64,000 bases of DNA. It comes from Takakia lepidozioides. Its lineage: Eukaryota; Plantae; Bryophyta. Positions 48,529 to 61,323 of the stretch are shown here, one piece after another. The notes under the pieces are model-generated. The model worked only from the letters and a program-made list of their open reading frames with translations. It did not search any database and was not told the DNA's origin. The position numbers and the translations under genes are program-made. Every line of letters starts with the position of its first letter. Positions within the stretch are counted from its first letter, which is position 1. The stretch is taken from contig CM060731.1 in assembly GCA_030704615.1 (NCBI GenBank), positions 87,544,001 through 87,608,000 on the forward strand, written 5' to 3'.

Positions 48529-49180
48529 GGGGTCCGTAAACTCCATGAGCCATGAGCACAGCTAAGCATAAGCATGAGCAGAGTCTGAAATGACACAATT
48601 TTGAGGCAATTTTGAGTCCATTCCACAGTTATTTGCACGAAAATGGTGGATCAATGCAAACAACCAGAAGGTCCAATTAGGGGAAGTCGGTGGGGAATAT
48701 GGACTTGCGGTAATATGCCATGTTTCTATTTCCGCGGAACAAACAACAAAGGAAGTTAGAATGATCACTGTCCGTTTTAACAGGAAGAGCTAAGTCGACG
48801 CCGATTTGTATCAATTACCCCAATTTTGCTGGCCATTTTCACTCGAAGAGGTAAGTCGGCGCCGATTGGTATCAATTACCCCAATTTTAGGCGGAGGTAA
48901 ATTTAAAAAATAAAAAATAAAAAATAAAAACCTAAATCGGCGCCGACTTACCTCCCAACCAAATTGGTAAGTCGGCACCGATTTAGGGGTTTTCTTTTTT
49001 CTTTTCTTTTAGACTCCACTCCATTCGATGCCCATTTACCCCCACACCCTCACAATTTTCGCCCCGCGGAATTAGGCGGTGTAGTGTGTAGTTCCGCGGA
49101 ATATGTGAATATACCCCTCCGATTCTCTTCTGCTCATGCTCATGGCCGGTCTGCTCACCGCTCTTGGAACATCAATCCCC
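48529..49180. mobile_element. Non-autonomous MULE-type element (MITE) related to the large MULE
   Basis: GGGG...CCCC ends; 9-bp TSD with one mismatch (GGTGAGAAT/AGTGAGAAT); CATGAGC/GCTCATG terminal repeats; internal AAGTCGGCGCCGA motifs. Confidence 0.7.
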
Positions 49181-50419
49181 AGTGAGAATGTGTATCATCT
49201 TTGGATAGATCTTATCTGCGATCGTACATAGTTACTGCATTGCTGTATGCTTAGACAGAACTTAGTCATAGCTGTAGCAATACAGCTTCGCCTAAGTTCC
49301 TAGTATTACTGATTGGTTATAGGATACTGATTATGATCAGTCCAAGGACTTAAGCAGTAACGGGGATGTTGATTCACGGAACACGAGTGTTCCACGGCCA
49401 TTGACGATTACTCTGTAATCGTCCTGCAGACTGACCGTCGGACAACCTCTAATAAGTGCTTTGGGAAATGGGTTGCACTGATGAAAGCCCATTTCGCCTA
49501 AGTCACGAACCATCGGTTTAACAGTGACGATCTATCGAGTCCATGGATCCTGCTCATCGTTGACCTCGACTTACCATCCTACGGCGGGGAGCCAGACAGA
49601 TCACGCACGGCCCTGCTTTGGCGCTGGAACTGTTGCTAGTGGACCTACGAGGACTGCATCGGGAAGTCCTATACTCGAGTATGCTCGTATTATCCAATGT
49701 ATGGGGACATTCGCCTTTGTTTCAAGGACAAATCGCACGGGCACAGATGACCCACAGTGAAAATATGAGGACAATATCCTTTTTTGATAGTGTTATCATT
49801 GATGGGCATGACATTGTGATCAACTTCACCAAGGGCAGCAGCAGGGCTACAATCCAGTTTACCTGGAGGAGCCCCGATCAGTCATGACCTGGTCTACATG
49901 CCTATCGAAGTTCCGTCGACTTGGTGACTTCCATTCAGAAGGCATAAGGGTTAGATTTGTATGGACCATATGTAGAGTAGACGTGCTTCATGTGAATCGC
50001 CTGGCTTGATCAAGAAAAATACCCATTGTGCCCTCATTTCTGTGTAATGTGCATCCTGAGTTTCATTGTTTTTTAAGCACCAGTGTCTGGCGATGGAGAA
50101 GTTGTGAGGTCGATTGTCCAAAGTCTTTGTTCAAAGTCTTTGTCCACATCAATCAACAAAAGAACAGTATTGTCGATCATAGCCATCACATCTAGGTAAA
50201 AAAGCCTCTTTACATAAACACAAAGTTGTACTGTCTGTTTCAATCCCAAATATGTAAATTCTCAACTGTTGGAAATTAGAGAAGAGTACGCTTGGACAGG
50301 ACTGGCCCCTCAACCACATCACACTGCAGATGTGAGAAATCCACTGTAGAAAATGGGTGAGAAAAGCCACTGGTTTTGGGGGCATCCACAGGGAAAGAGG
50401 CAAATCCCCACTGGCCTCG

Positions 50420-51005
50420 ATTGGGAAATGCGGCGCCCATTTCCCTTATTTCCATGCAAATGGTCTGCAGGTTCAAGTGTTATCTGCAGGTGGTCTGGAA
50501 ATGCGCCGCCACATTTCCGTGTCTGGAACAAACTTGTGCACAGCTTCATTCTTTTTTTTGCATGCGTTTTGAACATGCAGCACCGCATTTCCATCTTTGA
50601 ACATGCAAATGCGGCCGAATATGGAAATGCGGTGCCGTCATTATCGGAAATGTGGGCTGTTCCGTCCAGAATTTGGAGGTGGTATGAACACATAACATCT
50701 CAGAAGACCTGCACTGCAAAAAGTTTTTTTTTTTTAATATTTGGAAAATGATTAAAATGTACAAGGACTTAGTAAAATCTACCTATCATCCTGGATGTCA
50801 TCATCACTGTCCTCATCCTCATGAGTGTCCTGCACTTCTCTTCCACCCACCCCCCCCCCCCCCCCCCCAAAATCCTCATTCACGGCACCGCATTTCCATC
50901 CAGCGGGGTTGGATGAGACTATCTCGGGAGGAGAAGGCGTTAGCTGGCCGCCCTTCTTCATCCCTCTGGATGGAAATGCAGTGCCGCATTTCCATCCAGC
51001 GGAGT
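50420..51005. repeat. Degenerate cluster of GGAAATGCGGCGCCGCATTTCC-type palindromes (probable remnant of another MULE relative)
   Basis: For example GGGAAATGCGGCGCCCATTTCCC (~50423) and GGATGGAAATGCAGTGCCGCATTTCCATCC (~50968). Confidence 0.6.
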
Positions 51006-51039
51006 TGGATGAGACCATCTCGGCAGGACAAGGCGCTAT

Positions 51040-54000
51040 ACACAGGGTAGAGCACCAGCCATAGCTAGCATAGCGGAAAAGGTAGAGGCAAAAAGAAGTA
51101 CCCCTATTTTTAACGATTACAGCATAGACCATAGCCACAACCATAGGGCACTATGAGGCGTCTATAGGCCCGCCATAAACAATAGATCATAGGGCACTAT
51201 GAGGCGTCCATAGGCCGGCCATAGACAATAGACACTATGGTATGTGTATGGTGACCATAGCCATGGACCCTCCATAGACAGCAGTTGGCCATAGTGGAGT
51301 TAGCAACTTCTACCATAGGAGTTATTCCACCATAGGGGAGTTATTATAACCATTGGCTATAATGCTGGTGGTTAAGGAGGTCGTGGGGTATTTAAGACAG
51401 GGACAAGGTTGGAAAGGGGATCGTACTTTGTATTCGGGAGCCCGAGTTATGATACTGCCTTATGCTTGCACGTGAGAGCCTATGCGTCTGTTCCAGAGGG
51501 TATTGTACCTAGACAAAGCATGAGGGGAGAGGACATTGTAATTGCTGCTATGAGCTGATAAAGAGGATGATGCTTATTCAGAACCTGTGTATTGACTTGG
51601 TAATATGGATGCTTAGGTAATGTGAATGCTTATGTTACTTAAATAGAAATATAATTAAAGGATCTGAACATCCGGATGTTGAGATCCCACACACTCAAAA
51701 TTGTACCTGATATACGAACACTAGCACTAGGGAATAACTAAGTAGAGATTTGTAGCTGCAGAAGCCAGTCAAGACCCTTACACAGACTCGATGAATCACC
51801 TTCATTTATGAGAACCACCCTATCTATGTAAAGGATATCAGATTACCTGCAAAAATGACAAACATGTGTTAGCCAAGGAGTTTTTTCATAGATTTATTGA
51901 TTTACCAAACGGGTGTAAGGAAAATATAATTAGAAGAGTACATGCAGCAGAACCAAAATGGGAACTAAAGGAAGGTATCATTAAGATATACCAAGTAGCC
52001 TGTAGTGGGAGAGTAAGATGGTTACCAACACTGACTTATATCATAGCTCTGTTACCAGTACAAAGAGTAGAACTTGAGAGCTGGGAAGAGAAAAGATTAA
52101 ATGTTTACACTCATGAGGAAGAAATACTTGCCCTGATTAAAAGCTGGATACCAAGAGATATATTATGGGTAAAATTAACGTCTAGCACTGAGTTTCAAAC
52201 TTGTCTACCAAGGGAACTAATGTTATCAGGACATGTGTTTATCACTAGAGAGCAGTTAAAATTGGACAAGAATCCTGTAATATACGAGAGAGATTACAGA
52301 AAGGAGTTGTGGGTATTACCTCATGAGAGACATGAAAGATATGGCATATGAGTGATGAAAGAGGAGAAAGAAGAGAGAAATATGCAGCAAAAAGAGAAAG
52401 TTACTTAAAGGCTAACTATCCACATTTCTAGAGGAAAAAAACAGACGTTGGGGAATCATTTGAACCAGTTAGTCCACCTAAACCAGGGGAAACACCACCT
52501 TTATTTGAAGATCTTTTTTCTGCAGCCACACCTTCTTACTCTTTACAAGAAAGATTGCAATACTTGTTGGAGGAAGGAGAAAGACCACATGAAAACAGAC
52601 CAGAAGTAAACCCCTAGGCAAAGGACTTGGCAGAGTACTTTGACCAGAATTGGCATGGTACACCAAAAGGGGGAACTCCAAGCTCTAAAACACCTAAAGA
52701 AGATGAGGAGGAGGATGCTGGTAGGAGTATTGACTCCCAACCTAAAGTGAGAATGAAGAACCTCAAGATTTTGAAATTTGGGGAGGACCAGAAGTGGAAA
52801 TAGAGCCAGTGCAGTGACTGAAGGATCAGGCACTGGAGGACCCTACTCCAGGGCTGCACCAGAGCCAAGTGAAGCACTTGGGTTACTGATTGATAGTGGA
52901 GAAGCAGGAGGAGGAACAAGCAGGAGTCTTGGGTCTCTTCTCCTAGGATTAAGGGGATCTAGCAGTAATCTAACAGTAGTAACTGCAACTACAGGAACAG
53001 GGGGTCCAGGAGGATACCACCAGCAGGTGCAGGACAGGCACTAGTACCACCAGTTATGGGCGCAGCACCGGTTGCTACCAGGATGAGACCACCTTTCCCT
53101 GTGTATAGTGGAAAGGGTGATCCAGATGTGCATATCAATCGGTTTGAACATATATGCATTGTCAACAATGAAAATGATGATGCGACAAGGTTGAGGATGT
53201 TCCCTTGCCCATTAAGAAAAAGAGCTATCGAGGTATGCGAGCAGTTTCCAAACAATCATTTCCCTACATGGAACGAACTAAGAGCACCCTTCCAAACAAG
53301 ATTCAGAACCAGTAAGACTATATGAGAAGTCTACAGTGGCCTTCAGCAGTTAAAACAGAAGAAATATGAGCCAGTAGAAGAATGCTTCAAGAATATGGGC
53401 TTGCTAATTAAACAGTTAGCAGTTGTACCACATGAAGATCTATAGAAGACTTGGTTTATTAATGGGCTAAGACCTGAAATACAGAGAAATGTAGATATAC
53501 TACCCAATGATATAGTACTTGATGAAGCAGTAACATCTGCTAAAAAGGTGGAACTGGGTAGAGTATTACGGAAAAATGAGAGAATGGAAGATGAATCTGA
53601 TGAGAAATTTGATGATGAAGAAGAAGTTAAGAAAAAAAAGAATAAGGGAATACTAGAATCAGCCAAACTCAAAAACAAAATTGCAGAAGCAGGTAGTTGC
53701 AGGATAAGGTGGACCAAAAACGGCAGATGCTGCCCTCCATGGAAGTCCATGACCAAATTTAAATTGACGATATTTCGACAACCAGCATGTAGCCCAGTGG
53801 TAAGGGCACATACCCTCTCACGAATGGTTGTGGGTTCAATCCACCTGTTGGAAGTCATTACGGTGTCCACCTTCCCACCGGAAGGCAGTAGTCCTATGGG
53901 GTCAAATGACACCATAAGTTACGTTTGCTTCGGCAACGCGTCCATTTTATTTATTTATTTATTTATTTTTTGGACGATATTTCCCCAGATAATTTCAAAT

Positions 54001-56476
54001 GATGATAGATAATGGTATATTTAATATTTTTAGTAAAAGGACTTACCCCAAACATCAAAGATAATTTTTACTATAAATTATAGTCTGTAATTTGAATAAG
54101 ATTTGATCTATCAAAAACTAGAATTTACATCGATTTGTCTATATTCAACCAAGACATTGCAGATTATATTTTTGCATCATTTGCAGTAAAATATGACACC
54201 TCAAAAGCCCAAAACACAAGATGTACTAAACTATAACAAATCCACCTATATATAACGCTCATATTAGTCCATAGGTAGTGAATGACAGCTGATATTGTCA
54301 TTTAAAATTGAAATCTAGAGTGTTCTCTAAATTGGCCCCCTTACCTCAGAAGTTCAAAGCAATATACCAAAGGCACAATGGCTTAATTTGAGTCCATGTA
54401 TTTCCATTTGCAGCGGTGACAGTCCACAGTTGTCGTGTTCGAAAGTCCATACCTCTTGGATATTTTATTTGATTGACAATTTGATGGTTGATATAGGTAG
54501 ATATTGAGGTTAGGAATCCAACATGGAAAATGTTTCTCAACATCATTGATTCTATTCAAAGCAATTCATGATATCATGCACGACAGTCACTGAAAACTGT
54601 GCCGGTGACACTAATTTTGGTCCACCTTACCCTGCATCTAAGCAATTTGCTGGTGAGGCAGCAGCCAACTGGAGAAAGGGTGTCTGGTGTGGCTCAAATG
54701 TAGTAATGAAGGACATACCACGCCGGAATGTCATGCTAAAGGAAAATATTGTGTCATCTTTGAGATGACTAACCATAATACAGATACATGCTTTTATAAC
54801 AGGAAGAATTTGGCACCACAGGGTAATCGAGCCATAGGAGTGCACCAAGCACAACCACAACATAAAGCAAATCATTATGCAGGGCCAAACTAGTCAAGAA
54901 ATCCTCCTTTGAACAGAGGTTATGCAGGAGCAAATTATCCACAGGAAAGAAATAACACAGGAGGTTATAATCAACAAGGAGGTTACCCACATGATTGGAA
55001 TCACTACCAGAAAAACCACAGGACAAAAAACAGAGATCCAAGAAGAGATCAGGGTCGAGGACCCGATGGTGAAGAAGTATGTTTCTATTGTAAACAGTCA
55101 GGACACAAGACGCTTGCTTGTGCTCTATGGATTAAGCATCAAGCATAAATGAGAAATCATGTAGCACCAGTAGCCAATGTTGCAGTAAACATGGTTAATC
55201 TATGTTGAATACCAGAAGTGGAAGCAATGGTAGTAACCAGAAGCAAGGCCAAAGATAGATTTCTGGAAGAAGAAGAATCCGAGGAGGATGAAGATGATAC
55301 CATTCCAATGAATGATGAAACATGGGATGAAGAAAGAAAATTATGTAGACAAGGAGGTAACACAATCTATTAAACAAATGCAGAAGGGAACGGATGTACC
55401 CAAAGCGCAGGATTTAGAGTGAGATGAAGAAGAAATCCAAGAAATAACACCACCTACAGTGGCTATAGAAGAGAAAATGGCCAAAATCATTTGCCAGACT
55501 AGAACAGAGGTCACGATTGGACAATTTCTGGCAATTGTACCACATTATAGGCAGAGAGTGTATCATGCAATCAATCAACAGATTACACCTGCAAGAACTA
55601 AGGAGAATAGGAGAAAAGAAACCATGGCATACCAAGTCATTCATGAGCAATATGAAACAGTATTAGACTTTGATGAAACCATGTTTGTGATCCAAGCTCA
55701 ACTTGTAAAAGTTGTATTAGATGACGTCCTCATTGATGGAGGCTCTGGAGTAAACATCATGATCAATCAGTTACAGAAGAGACTAGGTCTCAAATATATG
55801 GAACCAGCACCATTCATAGTAAGAATGGTTGATCAAAGAAGTGTGTAGCCACTAATAAGAGGAGTCAAGATTCAAATCAAAGATTTGAGATTTGAGATTA
55901 CCGTCACAGTACTAAAAATGGAAGATGTGTTGGAGCATATTCTTTGTTACCGGGCAGACCTTGGCTGAAACAAGCGAAAGTGTTTCATGATTGGGGCAGT
56001 CACCTGTTAACCATACACCAAGGGATCAAGGAGAAAATACAGTTGAATACTAAGAAAGCAGAACTGTTGGCAGCATCCAGAAGACTAGAGAAATTGTTGA
56101 GTAAGATTGGATTGAAGGTATGAGAGATGAGCAAGAAGTTACACTGTATGCAGCATGTCCAAAACTACACCCCATAGGGGCAGTTCAGGTGGAAAAATTG
56201 GAGAAGTTGAAGATACTAGATGGAACCATTGAAAATGGGCCAGAGAAAGAAGAAGATAATAGTTTATATCCTCCTAGATTTTATGTTGAAAGAGGAGAAT
56301 ATATTAAAGTTCTAGAAGAAACAACAACAAAAAGTCTGCAAGGAGAAGCATTAACGGGTTGGACAGTTACTGAAGAAGAACAATTGATGAACCTCAATTT
56401 GGGAACGTCTGAGAATCAAAATGATCAAGATAAGTGCAAGATTGGCACCAGACTTCTTTGAAGAAGCAAGAAAGGG
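51040..56476 (+). mobile_element. Old, diverged family B-like retrotransposon remnant (LTR-like region, ORF1, gag, protease), interrupted by a MITE
   Basis: ORF1 homologue at 51866-52351; gag PPFPVYSGKGDPDVH; CFYCKQSGH; LIDGGSGVN; many stops. Left boundary approximate. Confidence 0.82.
53696..54638. mobile_element. Non-autonomous TIR element (MITE) with TA target duplication
   Basis: TIRs GTTGCAGGATAAGGTGGACCAAAA and TTTTGGTCCACCTTACCCTGCATC. Removal with one TA restores the gag frame AEAGKQFA. Confidence 0.85.
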
Positions 56477-56959
56477 GCTTCACGCCCCAATCATCACCTG
56501 GAGAGTCGGCAGAAGGGAATCAAGAAGGGCATCATGGCGGCAACAGGCAGAAGGACAACAGTGCTTGCTCAGAGAGAATAGACAGAGGCAGCCGAAGGAG
56601 ACATGGATCATTTTGGAGGAGAACGAGAACGGGAGAGAGAGAGAGCACGGGAGTGAAGAGAGAGCTAGCCACAGCGGGGTTGCTACAATTTTTGGGGAGA
56701 GAGACGAGGTAGAGACCCTGGTGGAGAGCGCAGCAGCGAGAGGGGGAACGTAGTGGCCGGAGTAAGAGGGGATGTGAAGAATAGTCGCAGTAGTAGCTAT
56801 AGAACGCAGTCAGGCTGAAGCAGCAATCAGAGGAGAGACTAGCATTTAGGAGGAGAAGTAGTAGCTGCGACCCACATTGCAATTCGTGTAGTTGAGCAGT
56901 CAGGCACCCAAGTTGGGGATCGCCTCGATAGTAAAAGGAGTACAAAAGAAAGTTCACGA

Positions 56960-57400
56960 TACACCGTGTGCATTGGTGTCTTGTGGTTGATTGTGTATCT
57001 TCTTGCATTCCGTCTTATAGTTCTCCATTAGAAATGTTGTTTTAACATCCATTTGATGAACTTCGTAATCATATTGAGCTAACAACACTTTGATAAAACA
57101 AGTCTTCACAACTGGTGAGATGGTTTCATGATAATCCACTCCTTGAACTTGTGATTAGCATTTAGCTACAATACGAGCTTTGTACCGGTGAATATATCCA
57201 TCAGTTTTGTATTTCAACTTAAAACTCCATACGAAACCAATGGCTTTTCGTCTTGTAGGCAACCTAGTAAGCTCTGAGTTGATTGCTTCTTCCCACTTTA
57301 GTTTGTCTGGAGATTGCATCGTTTCTTCATATATAGCAGGTTCAATCATTTGTGATGCTTCTTTCATAGCTTCAATGACAATCATGGATGTAATCAACAG
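56960..57400 (-). pseudogene. Ty1/Copia reverse transcriptase fragment
   Basis: KWEEAINSEL...FKLKYKTDGYIHRYKARIVAK; DYHETISPVVK...HQMDVKTTFL. Confidence 0.88.
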
Positions 57401-57426
57401 ATCATATTAAAAGTTTTTCTTTCAAC

Positions 57427-59425
57427 ATGGGCTGTTTGTGAGACCCCCACCAACACCTACAGAAGCATATATAAGGAGTAGTGACCCCAAGAACGGTGCA
57501 AGCCCGTTAAGCGACCAAAAGCTAGTGAAGCAAGCGAGCAAGCCGGAAACCGACCAAAGCATGGGGAGCTATTCCGGACTGCCTACAACCAAAGGGAATT
57601 TCCACTGAGCCCGCACTGTTGAGTGGGGGAGCAAAGGAGAGACCATTGTGTCTTGGCGAGCAGCCGAAGCAGCTCCAAGTTGGCCCGGCGGTCAGTTTGG
57701 GAGTTAGGCACGCGCATCAAAGCAAGTAACTATGTATGAAATAAAGGGGAGTTACCGAAGAGCGGTGCGCAACACGTGGTATCAGAGCTTAGAGATGTGT
57801 ACGTGATTGTCCTTGAGATCGGCCTCACCATGGGGTCGGGCAAGGCCAAGCAACAGCGGAATGGCCCGAAAGCCGATGAATCTAGTGAGCCCGGTGGGGG
57901 CGACGCGCTGCCGGAGCAGCATGGGGAAAGAGAGGAAGATCTCTCTAAGGATGATGCTGCCCAAAATCAAGAGCCACCTGAGAAATCGGAGCCCGAGGAT
58001 TTCGCCGACCCGCCCCCGGACCAGCAAAAGTCCCAGATGCCGCTAGGATTTTGGAAAAAGTTGTTGGCCTAGTTCGGTGGGACTCTAAAGAATGTGGTGA
58101 AAGCGGCCAATGTGGGGACCAAGTGGAGGTGGCTCCCACCTATTAATTTGAGGGGCTATGATGGTGGCAGAAGCACCTCCAGGACCAGGGGCCAGGCCCG
58201 GAAGCCATGAGCTGGAGTGGGTTCAAGGAACTAATGAAGAAGCAATTCGTATCCCTCAACTCATCTTGGCTCGCCCGAGACAAGATGAGGAACTTGAAAC
58301 AAATGGATGACATTTGGGGATATTGGGGGCTTCACCCTTCCAAGTGGTCTACGGGAAAGCACCTAATTTGGTGCCTACGATGAGGACGTTTACGAGTTGG
58401 AGCTATCGGCGGAGAGCAAAATACACCTTGTGTTCCATGTTTCGTTTTTAAAGCCGTACTTCAAGGATGAAGCGTGTCCAACTCGGCAACAAGCACCACC
58501 TGTGCTGTTGGATCATGAAAATGAACCTGAGTACAATGTGGAGGCAGTACTTAAGTCAAGGAGGTTCAAGAACCGAGAAACAAAGTATCTCGTGAAATGA
58601 AAGTGTTACCATCATGTGGAGGTAACTAGGGTGCATGCCTTAGAAATGGGAAACGCACCCGAGACGGACTTGGCAGCTTTCGAAGGACGACCTCAAAAGT
58701 GAAAGAAGCATTGATGGGGACATCAACCTTAGATGGTGGGGGAGGGAACGCATGTTTGCTTAGCTAGCTTGGGAATCGGATTGCAAAGACTTGTGTTATA
58801 CAAATCTTGTTTATAAAGAGAAAACGTTTCCAAATGTTGTGTTTCCTATTTTGTTTGGAATGGAGATGCATGGTGTGGTTGGTTAGTATGTAGAGGGGGC
58901 TCCAAGTGGGGTGGTCGTAACATAGGGAGTCGTAGTGGGGGTGGCATAGGACTCACTGCGGGGCTGAGGCATTGTGGTGGGAGTTGTGGGGAGTCTTGGG
59001 GCTCACCACGGTCCATTGGGGCCGTGGTGGATGGGCCAATACTCACCGCGACTCATCACAGGGAGTCTAGGGTCACCGTGGTGGTTCATAAAAAAGAACA
59101 TGGGCTGTTTGTGAGACCCCCGCCAACACCTACAGAAGTACATATAGGGAGAAGTGACCGTGAGAATGGTGCAAACCTGTTAAGCGACCAAAAGCTAGTG
59201 AAGCGAGCGAACGAACCGGAAAGCGACTGCAAAGAGCATGTTGAAAGAAGTGAATGCGGTGGCAAGATGGACACCGAAAAGTGTTGGCCGCCGGGCCAAT
59301 TTGGAGCTAATTCGGCTGCTCGTCGGGACATAACGGTCCCCCCCTTGCTCCCCCACTCGACCCTTGACAGCGCGGGCTCAGTGGAATTTCCCTTTGGTTG
59401 TAGGCAGTTCAGAATAGCTCCCCAC
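57427..59425 (+). mobile_element. Internally deleted, diverged family A relative (partial LTRs, iMet PBS 57777-57788, gag and chromodomain remnants, inverted LTR piece at ~59284-59425)
   Basis: Homology to the A LTR, gag and [25 protein letters not shown]; PR, RT, RH and most of INT missing. Confidence 0.82.
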
Positions 59426-59429
59426 GTGC

Positions 59430-59760
59430 AATGATCTATTCATCCGCTCAACTACATCATTCGACTCAGGTATATATAGAACAACAAGTTGTTGAGCTAT
59501 TCCATTCTCTTGACAAAATTGATTGAAAGCCTTTGAGATGTACCCACCACCATTGTCAGATGTCAAAATCTTAATAGCCTTTCCAGTTTGTTTTTCTGTA
59601 AGTACTTTGAATTCCTTGAATTTCTTTAGTACTTGACTTTTCTGCCTAAAAAAATTCACCACGATTCTCATTGACAAATCATCACTGAATGTCACAAAGT
59701 AGCTTCCCACTTCATCAATGATATCATCGAAGAAATGATGGAAACATTTTATATCAAACA
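59430..59760 (-). pseudogene. Ty1/Copia integrase core fragment
   Basis: KSQVLKKFKEFK...IKILTSDNGGGY...NDVVERMNRSL; lies upstream of the Copia RT fragment on the same strand. Confidence 0.85.
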
Positions 59761-60914
59761 TCGGAAGGCTACTCCATATCATCCGTAGATTAGTGGTCAA
59801 GTGGAGCGGAGTTGATCTCAGCATTAACTACCTTGATCCGACACATCCCTTGTTCATTGGTTTACGGGGTGGAGTCCATTATGCCCATTGAGACAAAGAT
59901 CCCGTCTTTACGATTAGCCATCACGGAGAGGCTAGCAACATTTGAGTCATAGGCTCAAGATGCTCGAAAGCTTGGACAAGACTTGGCGATCAGTTCATGC
60001 TCAACATGTGGAAGTAGTACAACGATGGATGAAAGCTCAGTTCGACCTAAAACGCAAAAGAGGATCTTTGATTCCGATGATTTGGTACTGCTTTCGATAG
60101 TAGACACAAAGAGTTCAAGCCAAGGTTTGACTCGTATTGGATGGGACCATGCATAGTCAAAATAGTCTAAGTTGACAACGGTTCGTTGCAATTAGACACA
60201 TTAAGAGTGTAACTTCCAGTTTGTGTCCACAAATGAGCCATGGCTTCCCTATAATTGCATAGAGAGCTCAACCAACACAATGAAGGAAGGTTGCGCTCTA
60301 CACTAAAACTAGTCTCCGACTTTCAGTCATCACTAGAATGAACCAAAATAGTCTATCTGAAATATATTCACACTTCATTTTGAATGTCACGGCCTCACCG
60401 GTGGATATCTTTTCCACTTTTATCGGTTTGAGTAACTAGGCTCCGTTCCCATATATATACTACTAATAATAACAAGCGGCTAGTCGCGTATGGTTCTCTT
60501 TGTGAATAGTGGAATTTTAATCCATTGAAAATTCATCCGTTTATTTTTCATAAGTTGTTCAATAAAAAAGATGTTACTTGAGGGAGGTATTACCTGGATA
60601 AGTACATCATGGAAGTACTTTTTAGCAAATGAGAGGAGATGACACCTGGGGAAAACACAACAAGGGCTTAGCGATTTTGGATGTGTAGTATCTGTTTTAG
60701 AATAAAGAGGATCCAACAAAGAATGTTTTTATATATGTGTGTGTGTGTGTGTTCACAATGTGCACAATTGTTTCTTGCTAGGTTTTGGTATAGATGAACT
60801 AGTGTTTAATCAAGACCTAATATTGGGATAATCTCATTTACAAAAAAACCAAACATAGTCATTCTCCCCACATAGAACCATCAACAAATTGGCATAACGT
60901 GGGACTAAAGAGCC

Positions 60915-61146
60915 ACCAACAGTGAGTAGCTCAGTTGGTTAAGTGCACTCAGTGCCACCCAGACGATTCTGGGGTCAATCTTGCTACTGACGGGTGTGGT
61001 ATGGTTCCTAGGTGGTGCCCCATTCCTACGCCTCATGGCGGGTTACTGTGAAAGAGGTTATTTTCTCCTCTCACTACTAAGGGGCCTAATTTGTGAGTTG
61101 TCGCTCCCAGGTGTTTCCCTTAAAAAAATAAAAAATAAAAAATAAA
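60915..61146 (+). mobile_element. Putative tRNA-derived SINE
   Basis: Box A-like TAGCTCAGTTGG, degenerate box B GGGGTCAATCT, A-rich tail at 61121-61146; no TSD found. Confidence 0.5.
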
Positions 61147-61323
61147 CCCAATTTAAACTATTGAAGAGGTATCATCACTGAACTATGGATGGTTTAGCCC
61201 CACTTTTTGGAAGTAAGAAACTTTTATAACACTGCAGTAAAATTGATCAAGTTATAATGATATATCAAATGACCAAAAGGTTATGGGTTCAAATTGCACA
61301 TGATTTTGGTTTCTAGTTCTGAG

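Noticed and set aside
49400-49900. Short + strand ORFs between the MITE and the palindrome cluster
   Set aside because: No recognisable motif or homology within the window; cannot be supported.
60450-60490. Helitron 5' end (TATACTACTAATAAT)
   Set aside because: No matching 3' hairpin plus CTRR end identified.
60915-60990. tRNA gene
   Set aside because: Box B is degenerate and no cloverleaf is evident; kept only as a possible SINE head.
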